In this document: piece by piece, positions 19,039 to 27,676 of the stretch
Layout: every line of letters starts with the position of its first letter
How positions within the stretch are numbered: the first letter of the stretch is position 1
NCBI GenBank assembly: GCA_019748395.1
Contig: JAIEPM010000047.1
Span: 15,084-79,083, forward strand
DNA from: Candidatus Obscuribacterales bacterium
GTDB taxonomy: Bacteria > Cyanobacteriota > Vampirovibrionia > Obscuribacterales > Obscuribacteraceae
DNA: 64,000 nt
Direction: 5' to 3'
Notes under the pieces: generated by a model
What the model was told of the DNA's origin: nothing
What the model saw: only the letters and a program-made list of their open reading frames with translations
Databases searched by the model: none
Program-made: the position numbers and the translations under genes

Positions 19039-19827
19039 TCAGTTCTTGTTCTTGCTTTTATTCAGTTGAGATTGAACCGAATGTAAATCCACATCAGCTG
19101 CGATGCCGAATCCGTTTTTGGGTGGAGCTGGGAACTTCATTTTCTCAACCATTGAGATGGCTTTATCGTCGATTGATCTTGATCCCGAACTGACCGAAAG
19201 GAAGACTACATTCACTTTGCCCTCAGGGTTCAGTCCTACTCGAATAAACGGTCCGGGAGTTCCGGGCATGAGTTCTCGCCATTGCTTGTTGACTTGGCTT
19301 ATCATCGATTCTTTGTATAAGAGCTGTTCAGGGGTATCTGGTGGCGGTCCGGCTGTCAGTCCTCCGGCTGCTCCACCAGGAATGCTATTGAATTTGGGCG
19401 TCTGAGCCGGTGGCGTTGCTGTTTTGCTGCAAGCTGAATCCATGATCACTGTTTTTTTGCTTTGCTGCGGTTTGGCCGCTTTGGAGCTGGGGCTTTGAGA
19501 GAATGCTGGAATATTTGCAAGCAGCAGACTCGCTATCGCTGCTGCCCACTTAAGTGTTTTTCGCGCTGCGTTGCGGACCCGGCGCAATGCTAGCGGGCAG
19601 TCGTCCGTAATTATGGTGCCGTCCTGTCGTCGAAATATACGACCGCAAAATTTTCCTTCGGTTTGAATTATCAAATCACTCAGTTCTTTAGAGCTGAGTT
19701 CCGAGCAGTTGTATACATTTTTTTGACAGCCTCCGCAAAAACGAACTCTTTCGTCGCCCTCGAGTTCATCCCAATTCATCGCACAGGGAGTTGCGATATA
19801 AAACTTGTCTATTTCTTTTGTCATCAA
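19039..19827 (-). CDS. Cys5 zinc-ribbon-like / single-TM / TolA-TonB-C-like protein, tandem paralogue 1
   Basis: 262 aa. N-domain PCAMNWDELEGDERVRFCGGC...EGKFCGRIFRRQDGTIITDDCP, basic stretch LRRVRNAARK, then helix WAAAIASLLLANIPAFSQ. The C-terminal module is YKESMISQVNKQWREL...GKVNVVFLSVSSGSRSIDDKAISMVEKMKFPAPP. Confidence 0.85.
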   Translation of the reverse strand: MMTKEIDKFYIATPCAMNWDELEGDERVRFCGGCQKNVYNCSELSSKELSDLIIQTEGKFCGRIFRRQDGTIITDDCPLALRRVRNAARKTLKWAAAIASLLLANIPAFSQSPSSKAAKPQQSKKTVIMDSACSKTATPPAQTPKFNSIPGGAAGGLTAGPPPDTPEQLLYKESMISQVNKQWRELMPGTPGPFIRVGLNPEGKVNVVFLSVSSGSRSIDDKAISMVEKMKFPAPPKNGFGIAADVDLHSVQSQLNKSKNKN

Positions 19828-19835
19828 AATCAGTC

Positions 19836-20642
19836 CTATTTCCGGGTTTTGTCGGTTTTTGAGTAAACAGTCTGAAGATCTATTTCAATTTTTGTGCGCT
19901 CGGCAGGTGGATTTTCGTATTTGAGTTTCTTGATTAACTCAAGTGCTTTGGTATCAAGCACAAGATCTCCGGAGCTCCTGCTAATTTTCGCGCTCAATAT
20001 AATTCCGCCTTTGCCTATCTCTGCATTTACGATGGGACCAGCTTTTGCGCCTGCTTGAAGCCTCCATTCATCATTTATCTTTTTGATTGTGCTTTCTCTG
20101 TAATGACTGTCTTGTAAAGCTTTCACGGCCGGTGGTGTTGCTCCGATGCCGCCGTCGTATATTTCAATGTCTTTCCTGGCTCTGACTCTGCCTTCAATGA
20201 AATCGCGAGCAGGCTGTGTTTTTGAACTGTTTTTTGAGGAGCAAGATGAATCAATAAAAAAAGTTTTTTTGTTTTTGACGTCGGCTTCAGATTTTGATCC
20301 GGCGTTTGTGTTTTGAGCAAAGGCCGGCAAAGCTGTAAGCAGAAAAGCTGCAAAAGTTGCGGCAAAGTTCAAAGTCTTTCTGGCTGCATTGCGCAGCCGG
20401 CGAAGACCAATGGGACAGTCGTCAGTGAGAATGGTTCCGTCAGAGCGCCGATAGATGCGGGCACAAAATTTTCCTTCAGTATCCTGAATTAAGGCGCGCA
20501 GTTCATTTGAAGTCATTTTGGAAGTGTTATAAACGTTCTTACTGCAAACTCCACAAAAACGGACGCGTTCATCCCCGGTCATATTCTCCCAGCCCACCGA
20601 GCAGGGAGAGGCTATGAAAATTTGTTCTATCTCAATCGACAT
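19836..20642 (-). CDS. Cys5 zinc-ribbon-like / single-TM / TolA-TonB-C-like protein, tandem paralogue 2
   Basis: 268 aa with the same N-domain and the same Cys spacing (PCSVGWENMTGDERVRFCGVC...EGKFCARIYRRSDGTILTDDCP). A TM helix follows, and the C-terminal module is diverged. It lies 8 nt upstream of paralogue 1. Confidence 0.85.
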   Translation of the reverse strand: MSIEIEQIFIASPCSVGWENMTGDERVRFCGVCSKNVYNTSKMTSNELRALIQDTEGKFCARIYRRSDGTILTDDCPIGLRRLRNAARKTLNFAATFAAFLLTALPAFAQNTNAGSKSEADVKNKKTFFIDSSCSSKNSSKTQPARDFIEGRVRARKDIEIYDGGIGATPPAVKALQDSHYRESTIKKINDEWRLQAGAKAGPIVNAEIGKGGIILSAKISRSSGDLVLDTKALELIKKLKYENPPAERTKIEIDLQTVYSKTDKTRK

Positions 20643-20654
20643 CTACGCATACCT

Positions 20655-21458
20655 CTATTTGCCTTTCTCTTGATTTTTGGAATGAACCGTGTGTAAATCT
20701 ACCCTAAGGTTTGAATAGTCGGCAGCCTGTGTAGGAGCGGAAAATTTCATATTGCGCAGCATATTCAATGCTTTTGTGTCGACTAGCAGATCGCCGGAAC
20801 TAACGCTGATACTGCTACCGGCCAGCTTCCCCTCGGCTGTCAATGTTATCAACATTATCGGACCTGCTTTGCCGCCCTCCTCCTTCAACCATTGTGCGTT
20901 TATTTGCTGAATGCTTGATTCGATGTAGGCGCTAACCTGTGGACTTGGAGCTCGCGAAACCGCTACTTTTCCTCTCATAACCGCAGGCGGTGCTGCAACC
21001 ATTTCACCTTTTACCAACCTGGGCTGATCTGAAGGTGACTTCTTATCGGAACTGGAGCAAGTTGTGTCCATTAGAATCGTTGTTTTGCCCTTTCCGTCTT
21101 TTTTCTTGCTCGGCTCATCCTTTGCGGACTGAGCAAGCGCGGGCAAGGAGGCCAACAGTAAGGCTGATATTGCGGCTGTCCATTTGAGAGCCTTACGAGC
21201 TGCGTTTCGAACTCGGCGAAGCCCCTTTGGACAGTCGTCGGTAATTATTGTGCCGTCCGACCTTCGGTATATTTGAGCGCAAAACTTTCCTTCGGTTTTG
21301 ATTATTAACTCATTGAGCTCTTTTCGGCTCATTTCAGAAGCGTTATATACGTTTTTCCGGCAAAGACCGCAAAGTCGCTGGCGTTCGTCGCCGTCCATTT
21401 CGTCCCAGTCAGCCGCGCAGGGAGTAGCGATGTACATGCGCTCTATTTCGTAAATCAA
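20655..21458 (-). CDS. Cys5 zinc-ribbon-like / single-TM / TolA-TonB-C-like protein, tandem paralogue 3
   Basis: 267 aa with the N-domain PCAADWDEMDGDERQRLCGLC...EGKFCAQIYRRSDGTIITDDCP. A TM helix follows, and the C-terminal module is diverged. It lies 12 nt upstream of paralogue 2. Confidence 0.85.
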   Translation of the reverse strand: MIYEIERMYIATPCAADWDEMDGDERQRLCGLCRKNVYNASEMSRKELNELIIKTEGKFCAQIYRRSDGTIITDDCPKGLRRVRNAARKALKWTAAISALLLASLPALAQSAKDEPSKKKDGKGKTTILMDTTCSSSDKKSPSDQPRLVKGEMVAAPPAVMRGKVAVSRAPSPQVSAYIESSIQQINAQWLKEEGGKAGPIMLITLTAEGKLAGSSISVSSGDLLVDTKALNMLRNMKFSAPTQAADYSNLRVDLHTVHSKNQEKGK

Positions 21459-21577
21459 AATCAGACCTCAAGCTTGGAGCCACGCAATAAAGTATTCCAC
21501 GGGCGGACTTTGAGGTAACTGGGGTAAAGCCGGTGCCCTCTTCAGGGAACTGAGGGGCTATCCTTGCGGCAGTGTTC

Positions 21578-22999
21578 TTATAGCGAGTTCGGGTCGCTCC
21601 AATAAATGGCGTCTGCATGTTTAAAACAGGACCGAGCGCGGTCCGGGTCTTGCGATTGTTCAAAAAGTCGCCCCAGGAATCGCCAGAGCTGGTCGTTTTT
21701 TGGTTCTTGATCCAGCAGTTCTTGAACCCGGGCGATGCTGTCTTTTAGTTTTCCGCTCAGCAGAACGGATGGGTCGGCTGAGGCTGTTTGAAAAACGATT
21801 TGTGCGGCAGAGAGGCGCTGGTCATCCGGTGAGCAACGCTTGCATTCGTTGTATTCCACTTCTGCCCTGCCGAGGTCGCCCTTTATTAAATGTCCTGCAG
21901 CCAGCATCATGTGGTTGTTGGCTTCGTGGGGCATGTTATTCACAGCTTCACTGGCGCATCTAATCAGAAGGTTGACTGCCTCCTTATTTCGCGGATTCAG
22001 CGTGACTGCTCGCCGCGCATCCATGCTTGCATTCTCAAGCAAGATAAAGCGAGTTTCTGTTGCTGCTCTGGCTGCGAAATAACGAGAATTTTCCAGAAAA
22101 AGCTTCGCCAAAAGACAATGAGCAGTCGAGAGCTTTAGCTTGTTTGCGTCCGGCCAATTGCTATTGACGATTTTGCGCAGCTCGACAATTGCCTGCCGGT
22201 CGCTTCCGGCTTCAATAAGGGCATTGGCAAGTCTAGAGCGGTTTTCGCAGGAGTTTTTGATTTTTACGACAGCCTGCCATTCGGCTGCTGCCAGTTGGTA
22301 ATCGGCTTGATTTTCGAAATTTTCAGCAAGCGAAATACGAAAGTCTAAATTGTAAGGATCCTGGTCTTGCTCAAGCAATTCATGATTTAGCAAGCTGGAG
22401 ATTTCTTTGTTCGACGAATCATAAAATAAGGCAAGACGCAGCAGGTCGGCTCTAAGTCTGCTTTTCTTTTCATTAGTTGCCAGCTTGCTCAGCTCAGTGC
22501 TGATGCGCTCAATCATGCCTTGTTCATCCGAAGACTTTTTCATCGCTCCGTCAAACTCTTTGGCCGCAAGGGTCAGATGACCGTGAGACGCAAATTTTCG
22601 CGCCCTGTCGAAATATTTTCCGGCTTTCTTATCCTGATTCTTAGGCTCAAAAATATCGGGATCTTGAGTATCCTCAGGTAAACTGACTACCTGCGGCATG
22701 GGTGGAAACATGCCGGGAACTTCCGGCTCAGAGCAATTCACCGGTTTAATCAGCAGGCTTCTGAGGCGTATGTCGCCGTTTGAGATCTCGTAATCATCCT
22801 TCTCTCCGACTGTCCCGAATGTTTCACCCTGCAGTTGCGGGGCATCGCCTGAATCGAAACTGTCGCCGGTGTAAGTCTGAGTCTGAGTGCCCGTGTATTC
22901 ACAGGTGGAGTCGAAAGCATCCTGCGCACCGGCTTTCAGAGCCGGGTTCGCCAGTAATAATGATATGAAGACGGCGGCATAAGAGTTGCTGAATTTCAT
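21578..22999 (-). CDS. Secreted helical-repeat (TPR-like) protein
   Basis: 473 aa with signal peptide MKFSNSYAAVFISLLLANPALKAGAQD and AAGGA upstream of the ATG. The C-terminal two thirds are TPR-like helical pairs. Same strand as, and upstream of, the triplicated genes. Confidence 0.75.
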   Translation of the reverse strand: MKFSNSYAAVFISLLLANPALKAGAQDAFDSTCEYTGTQTQTYTGDSFDSGDAPQLQGETFGTVGEKDDYEISNGDIRLRSLLIKPVNCSEPEVPGMFPPMPQVVSLPEDTQDPDIFEPKNQDKKAGKYFDRARKFASHGHLTLAAKEFDGAMKKSSDEQGMIERISTELSKLATNEKKSRLRADLLRLALFYDSSNKEISSLLNHELLEQDQDPYNLDFRISLAENFENQADYQLAAAEWQAVVKIKNSCENRSRLANALIEAGSDRQAIVELRKIVNSNWPDANKLKLSTAHCLLAKLFLENSRYFAARAATETRFILLENASMDARRAVTLNPRNKEAVNLLIRCASEAVNNMPHEANNHMMLAAGHLIKGDLGRAEVEYNECKRCSPDDQRLSAAQIVFQTASADPSVLLSGKLKDSIARVQELLDQEPKNDQLWRFLGRLFEQSQDPDRARSCFKHADAIYWSDPNSL

Positions 23000-23155
23000 C
23001 CACGGTCCTTTAGACCCCGGTGAAAAATCCGGGGTCTGCCTGAGTTACTCTGGTAAATCAGTTCAGATTAGCTTGCCTATCCTGAACTGAACCGCGAGTA
23101 TCCCAAAAAACAGCCGAAAAGAGACCGGGGAAAATACTGATATTTGACAACCTGA

Positions 23156-25909
23156 TTAATTGGCTTCTTTGGGCGCAAATTTCTTGGCTTCAGCCTCAAT
23201 TTTCGCTGCTTCGGAATCACGGCTGCTTTTGCGTAAAAACGAAGCGTAGTTATGCATGGTCATCCATTTAATGGTCGCATTTCGGATTGAGTTTTGCAGA
23301 TTCATCGCTTTTTGCAAGAGCGACTCTGCTTCCTGCTCTTTTCCTTTGGCCGCTAAATCAAGTGCGTATTTGTTGTAAGCTTTGCTCAAATTCTCTTTGG
23401 CAAGATCGTAATTTGGATCAAGCTTAAGTGCTGCTTCGAACTTCTCGATTGCTTGCGAATAGGCATTTGTGGACATGAGGGCAACGCCTTCATTGTTAAT
23501 GGCGTTTTTGTCCGAACTGCCGACACCTGTTGATTTTGGCTTGATCGCAATTTGAACGTCAGGAGCATATAGATGGCGAATGGTGCCGAGGTCTCTTTGC
23601 GATAGGGCAATCTTGGCGTCAGCGGCAGGCATACTGCAGAACATGATATCGCTTGGATTGGGGCTGTGTCCGACAAGACCGATGGAATGCCCTATTTCAT
23701 GCAAGCATACTGCTTGAATTTGATTTTGGGTCAACGGTGAATCCGGTGTCGGGTCTGCGGTCAGAATCACTACTTTAACGTGCTCGATTCCTTTCGAACT
23801 CCAGGACACTTGTGCTTCTCCGCCTTCAGAGGGCGAGCTGACTTTTGAATAATCATTTGTCCATAAGCATTCTATGTCTGCCAATTCGGCTTTGTTGACG
23901 AATTCAAATTTGACTTTGTCTTGCGATGCAGTCGACCAGGCTTTGAAAGCATCGTTCATGATGCCCTGATATTCGGTTTTGAATCCCGGCACACGCGAAC
24001 CGTTGGCTACAAAAACTTTTAGCGGCAGCTTGTTGTCCGGCCATTTTATGGTGCCACTAGCAGTGGTGTAAGGGAAATAGTCGCTGTTTGATGCTCCGCT
24101 TGCAGCAATCGCTTTTTCAACTGCTTCTTGCTCATCGGCTTCTTCTTGCAAATGAGCTACGAGATCTTTGGCTTTGACTGCCAGACTGTCGTTGGGAAAA
24201 CGACGCAGGTATTCTTTATAAGTTTCGACGCAATCTTTCAATCTGCCGCTTGTCTGGAAGCTGCTGGCCAGGTTGACCCATGGCGCAGAACGGCTTGGAT
24301 CAAGAGCAATTGCCTGTCGCAGTTCTTCAATAGCTTCATCATTTTTGCCAAGCCGATTAAGCGCCAGTCCAAGGTTTGTATGAGCTGAAGGCAGCTCCGG
24401 GCAAATTTCCAGAGCTTTAGTCAAAATGTCTGCCGCCATGCGGAATTTTTCCTGGCGCATGGCTTCATAAGCTTCATTGGCTAAGAGCAAAGCTTTGTAT
24501 TCTTCGGCGCTTATTAAGCGACCTTCGGCAAGATAGCGCACTTTGCCCCATTGTTGTGATTTGTCGGCGCTGGGTTTCTTAATGACCCTGTCCGTGTGCC
24601 AGGGTCGCGGTCCTTTGCTGCTGTCGATTTTGTCGCCGCTTGCCTCTTGCTTGTTTTGTGCAATGAGAGCTTCTTCTTGAGCTTTCTTTTCCTTCAATTG
24701 ACGCTCAGCCTGAGCTGCGGCAAGTTTCTTTTCCTCAGCTTCCTTTTCGGCTTCTTTAGAACGCAGCTCAGCTGCCAGGCGTGATTTCTCTGCTGCTTCC
24801 GCTTTTTCAGCTGCAAGCTTAGCTTCAAGATCTGCTTTGGCCCTTTCAGCAGCTAATTTAGATTGCTCAATGGCTTTTGCGTTTTCGGCAGCGATTTTGG
24901 CCTGCTTGGCTGCTTCTGCTTTCTCCGCGGCCAACTTTGTTTGCTCTTCCGCTCTGGCTTTTTCAGCAGCGAGCCTGGCTAATTCTTGAGCTTTAGCTTT
25001 CTCGGCTGCTATTTGCGCCAGTTCTGCGGCTTTTGCTTTTTCGGCAGCAAGTTTGGCTTGTTCTGTTGCTTTAGCTGCAGCCAGCCTGTCTTTTTCTATC
25101 TGTTCCGCTGATTTTTCCTGATTTATGTTTACGGTAATAGTCGGCTTCTCACCGGTTTTACTTCTTATAATTGCCAGGTTGTCTTCGGCGCTGTCGATTG
25201 CGATTGCTGATTCATTGGATTTTTTCAAGTTGTCGACGGCACGCGAAGCCAGGTCTTTTGCTTCGCCGAACTTACCTTCATTTCCTAGAATCGTAGCCAG
25301 AACGTTCATGTATGAACCGAGCTGAGCCTGATTGCCGCTTGCCTGCGCAATGTCCACCAGTTGTCTGTAATAAGATTCAGCTGATCCAAGATTGCCCTTC
25401 ATCGAAGCATAAGCCGCCATGGACGGCAGGATGCTTATTAATTTCGGGTCGCGGGGTCCCAATTTTTTGCGCCAGATCTCATCGACTCTTTTCAGGAAGA
25501 TTTCGGCAGCAAGATGATCTCCCAGTTGTTGATTACAAAGTGCGATGCCATATAAGGAATTGGCTGCTTCGATTGATTCGGCACCCAGCAATTTTTGCTG
25601 AGAGGCAAGGGCCCGTTCATAATATTCTTTGGCAAGAGTGTAATTTTGAATGCGAACATTCAATTCACCCATCTCAAAGTAAGTACTGCCCAGTCTTGGA
25701 TCATCGTCCTTGAATTTGCGAGTGTCTTCCATCGCATCTTTCAAAGAACGAGCAGCCGAGTCGAAATCGCCGGAGTTGAGGGCAGTGCGAGCTGCTTCAA
25801 TGTGCTCTTCCCAGGGACCCTTCCCTTTGGCGAGAGCGCCGGGTGAAAGCATAATCAGGCTCAGGCAAAGAGCCAGAATGCGTTCGTTGTGTTTGGCTGA
25901 GCTAGTCAC
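23156..25909 (-). CDS. Secreted multidomain protein: TPR / Ala-Glu-Lys 13-residue-repeat coiled coil / TPR / metzincin (matrixin-like) Zn-protease / TPR
   Basis: GTG start with GAGGA 9 nt upstream, and a signal peptide (ILALCLSLIMLSPGALA). Zinc site CLHEIGHSIGLVGHSPNPSDIMF fits HExxHxxGxxH plus a Met-turn. TPR units flank it on both sides. The central repeat is described separately. Confidence 0.85.
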   Translation of the reverse strand: MTSSAKHNERILALCLSLIMLSPGALAKGKGPWEEHIEAARTALNSGDFDSAARSLKDAMEDTRKFKDDDPRLGSTYFEMGELNVRIQNYTLAKEYYERALASQQKLLGAESIEAANSLYGIALCNQQLGDHLAAEIFLKRVDEIWRKKLGPRDPKLISILPSMAAYASMKGNLGSAESYYRQLVDIAQASGNQAQLGSYMNVLATILGNEGKFGEAKDLASRAVDNLKKSNESAIAIDSAEDNLAIIRSKTGEKPTITVNINQEKSAEQIEKDRLAAAKATEQAKLAAEKAKAAELAQIAAEKAKAQELARLAAEKARAEEQTKLAAEKAEAAKQAKIAAENAKAIEQSKLAAERAKADLEAKLAAEKAEAAEKSRLAAELRSKEAEKEAEEKKLAAAQAERQLKEKKAQEEALIAQNKQEASGDKIDSSKGPRPWHTDRVIKKPSADKSQQWGKVRYLAEGRLISAEEYKALLLANEAYEAMRQEKFRMAADILTKALEICPELPSAHTNLGLALNRLGKNDEAIEELRQAIALDPSRSAPWVNLASSFQTSGRLKDCVETYKEYLRRFPNDSLAVKAKDLVAHLQEEADEQEAVEKAIAASGASNSDYFPYTTASGTIKWPDNKLPLKVFVANGSRVPGFKTEYQGIMNDAFKAWSTASQDKVKFEFVNKAELADIECLWTNDYSKVSSPSEGGEAQVSWSSKGIEHVKVVILTADPTPDSPLTQNQIQAVCLHEIGHSIGLVGHSPNPSDIMFCSMPAADAKIALSQRDLGTIRHLYAPDVQIAIKPKSTGVGSSDKNAINNEGVALMSTNAYSQAIEKFEAALKLDPNYDLAKENLSKAYNKYALDLAAKGKEQEAESLLQKAMNLQNSIRNATIKWMTMHNYASFLRKSSRDSEAAKIEAEAKKFAPKEAN
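24710..25084 (-). repeat. In-frame 39-bp (13-codon) tandem repeats encoding (L/I)AAEKAKAxExxK units
   Basis: Seven in-phase units occupy residues 287-377 (24779-25051): LAAEKAKAAELAQ, IAAEKAKAQELAR, LAAEKARAEEQTK, LAAEKAEAAKQAK, IAAENAKAIEQSK, LAAERAKADLEAK, LAAEKAEAAEKSR. Degenerate units lie on both sides. The composition is like TolA domain II. Confidence 0.85.
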
Positions 25910-25930
25910 TGTTTTATTTCCTCAAATGGG

Positions 25931-26392
25931 CTATTTGCTTGTGTACTTGCTTTCTATGGCGAGAACTTTGTTGAGGCGGCGCTGATGCCGTTCCAGACCG
26001 GTGAATCGTGCTTTTAAGAAGCTGTCTAAAATTTCAAAGGCGAGATTTGGACCGATAACTCTGGCGCCCATGCACAAAACGTTTGTGTCGTCGTCTTCCC
26101 GGCCTTGATGAGCAGAAAATGTATCGTGACACAATCCGGCGCGCACACCTTTGATTTTGTTGGCGGCCACGCAGGCGCCGACTCCGCTTCCGCATAAGAC
26201 GATGCCTATGTCTGCTTTTCCCGAGCTTATCGCCTCCCCTACTGCCAGTGCGTAATCCGGATAATCTACCGGGTCTTCATTGAAAGTACCGAGGTCTTGC
26301 ACCTCGTACCCTTTCTTCTTTAGATACTCAAGCACCTGAACTTTTAGGGGGTAACCGGCATGGTCTGCCCCAAGCGCTATTCTTTCGGCCAT
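25931..26392 (-). CDS. rpiB: Ribose-5-phosphate isomerase B
   Basis: MAERIALGADHAGYPLK...GIVLCGSGVGACVAANKIKGVRAG is the RpiB/LacAB signature. I prefer the ATG at 26392, which has GGGAG upstream. The track ORF extends to 26464 through a non-homologous leader. Confidence 0.9.
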   Translation of the reverse strand: MAERIALGADHAGYPLKVQVLEYLKKKGYEVQDLGTFNEDPVDYPDYALAVGEAISSGKADIGIVLCGSGVGACVAANKIKGVRAGLCHDTFSAHQGREDDDTNVLCMGARVIGPNLAFEILDSFLKARFTGLERHQRRLNKVLAIESKYTSK

Positions 26393-26556
26393 TGCTCGCT
26401 CCCGGCTATGCTGAACAGGGCTCATTATAAACTGCCGACGCCTGCAAGCCTTCGTCACAATCACGGGCTGTTAAGTGGATGAGACTAAAGCTTCTGTGAC
26501 TGCTTGCTATACTGTTAGGGTTCTTCCGGGCATTTGATGAGCAGCGCTTAAGTGGC

Positions 26557-27642
26557 ATGATGAGCACGCAGGGCACACTGCAAAACCGATATCGTATTGA
26601 AAGTGTCCTCGGCCAGGGCGGCATGGGCACTGTTTACCTGGCCAAGGACATCAGGCTCGACGAGCGGCTTTGTGTTGTAAAGGAGCTGCGTGACGATTTT
26701 TATCGCGATGAAGACAAGCAGCGGGCTTTGAGTTTTTTCGACCGAGAGGCGCGCATGCTTGCGCGTTTGAAGCACGGCAGCATCGTCCAGGTCAGCGACT
26801 ATTTTAGTGAACAGGGTAAGTATTTCCTGGTCATGGAATATGTGGAAGGTGAAAATCTCCACAGCATCATGCAAAAACGCGAAGGCGAGGCATTTGATGA
26901 AAAGCAGGTTGTCAGTTGGGCGATTGAAATTTGTGATGTACTGAGTTACCTGCACGCTCAGGACCCGCCGGTTATTTATCGGGACCTCAAACCGAGCAAT
27001 ATCATGATCAGCTCAGGCGGTCAGTTGAAGCTTGTTGATTTCGGTATCGCCAGAAAAATTGAAGCCGACGACGAAAATACCCGGGTTGTTTCTGCCGGTT
27101 ATTCTCCACCCGAGCAGTATTGGGGTGCGGCTAATATTCAATCGGATCTTTACGCGCTGGGTGCCACCATGTTTTTCCTCTTAACAGGAAAAGACCCGGA
27201 GCCTTTGAAAATAAACTCTCCTTGCGAGCATAACTCCGAAGTTTCCGAATATCTGGATTCGGTTGTGCAAAAATGCATGGCGCAAGAAACTGCTCAGCGC
27301 TACTCAAGCGCCCGAGAACTTCGCGAAGCGCTTTTATATGATGATTATGAGGAAGAGCCGGACAATCCGAAAGGCTGGTTTACTCGAAATGTGGCTGCGG
27401 TGATTTTCATCGTGGCGGTGGCACTGGTATTTATTGGTTGGGAACCAATCGTAAACAGCTTCAAGTCCGATCCCAAGCCTGCAAAAGTAAATGCTCCGCT
27501 GGGGTCAAGCGAGAAAGCCGTGGACGATCCTACTTATTCAGATCCGCTTCTGGGCGGCGTAGCACCACAGAAGGGCTTTGCTTTGCAAGTCACTGACGAA
27601 GCCAGTCTGACCGATCTGGAAGCAAGGCCGAAGCAAAAATAG
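26557..27642 (+). CDS. Hanks-type Ser/Thr protein kinase with one TM helix and short Pro/Ser-rich external tail
   Basis: Kinase motifs GQGGMGTVYLA, VVKEL, YRDLKPSNIM, DFGIA, SPPEQ. TM helix VAAVIFIVAVALVFIGW. Confidence 0.9.
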   Translation: MMSTQGTLQNRYRIESVLGQGGMGTVYLAKDIRLDERLCVVKELRDDFYRDEDKQRALSFFDREARMLARLKHGSIVQVSDYFSEQGKYFLVMEYVEGENLHSIMQKREGEAFDEKQVVSWAIEICDVLSYLHAQDPPVIYRDLKPSNIMISSGGQLKLVDFGIARKIEADDENTRVVSAGYSPPEQYWGAANIQSDLYALGATMFFLLTGKDPEPLKINSPCEHNSEVSEYLDSVVQKCMAQETAQRYSSARELREALLYDDYEEEPDNPKGWFTRNVAAVIFIVAVALVFIGWEPIVNSFKSDPKPAKVNAPLGSSEKAVDDPTYSDPLLGGVAPQKGFALQVTDEASLTDLEARPKQK

Positions 27643-27676
27643 TCGGGACAATTGCTGCTCATTTTGAGAATTGCGC

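Noticed and set aside
24710-25084. Periodic DNA repeats (39 bp here, 21 bp at 52687-53211) considered as a possible CRISPR or VNTR locus.
   Set aside because: The repeats are contiguous without unique spacers, imperfect at third positions, and exactly in frame within long ORFs. They are coding tandem repeats, not CRISPR arrays.
26393-26464. N-terminal extensions of track ORFs for rpiB (to 26464), rsmI (to 30424), mgtE (to 59524), ssb (from 41672), the beta-lactamase homologue (from 53654) and others.
   Set aside because: The extensions are non-homologous and compositionally odd. Internal ATGs preceded by good Shine-Dalgarno sequences coincide with the conserved protein N-termini.
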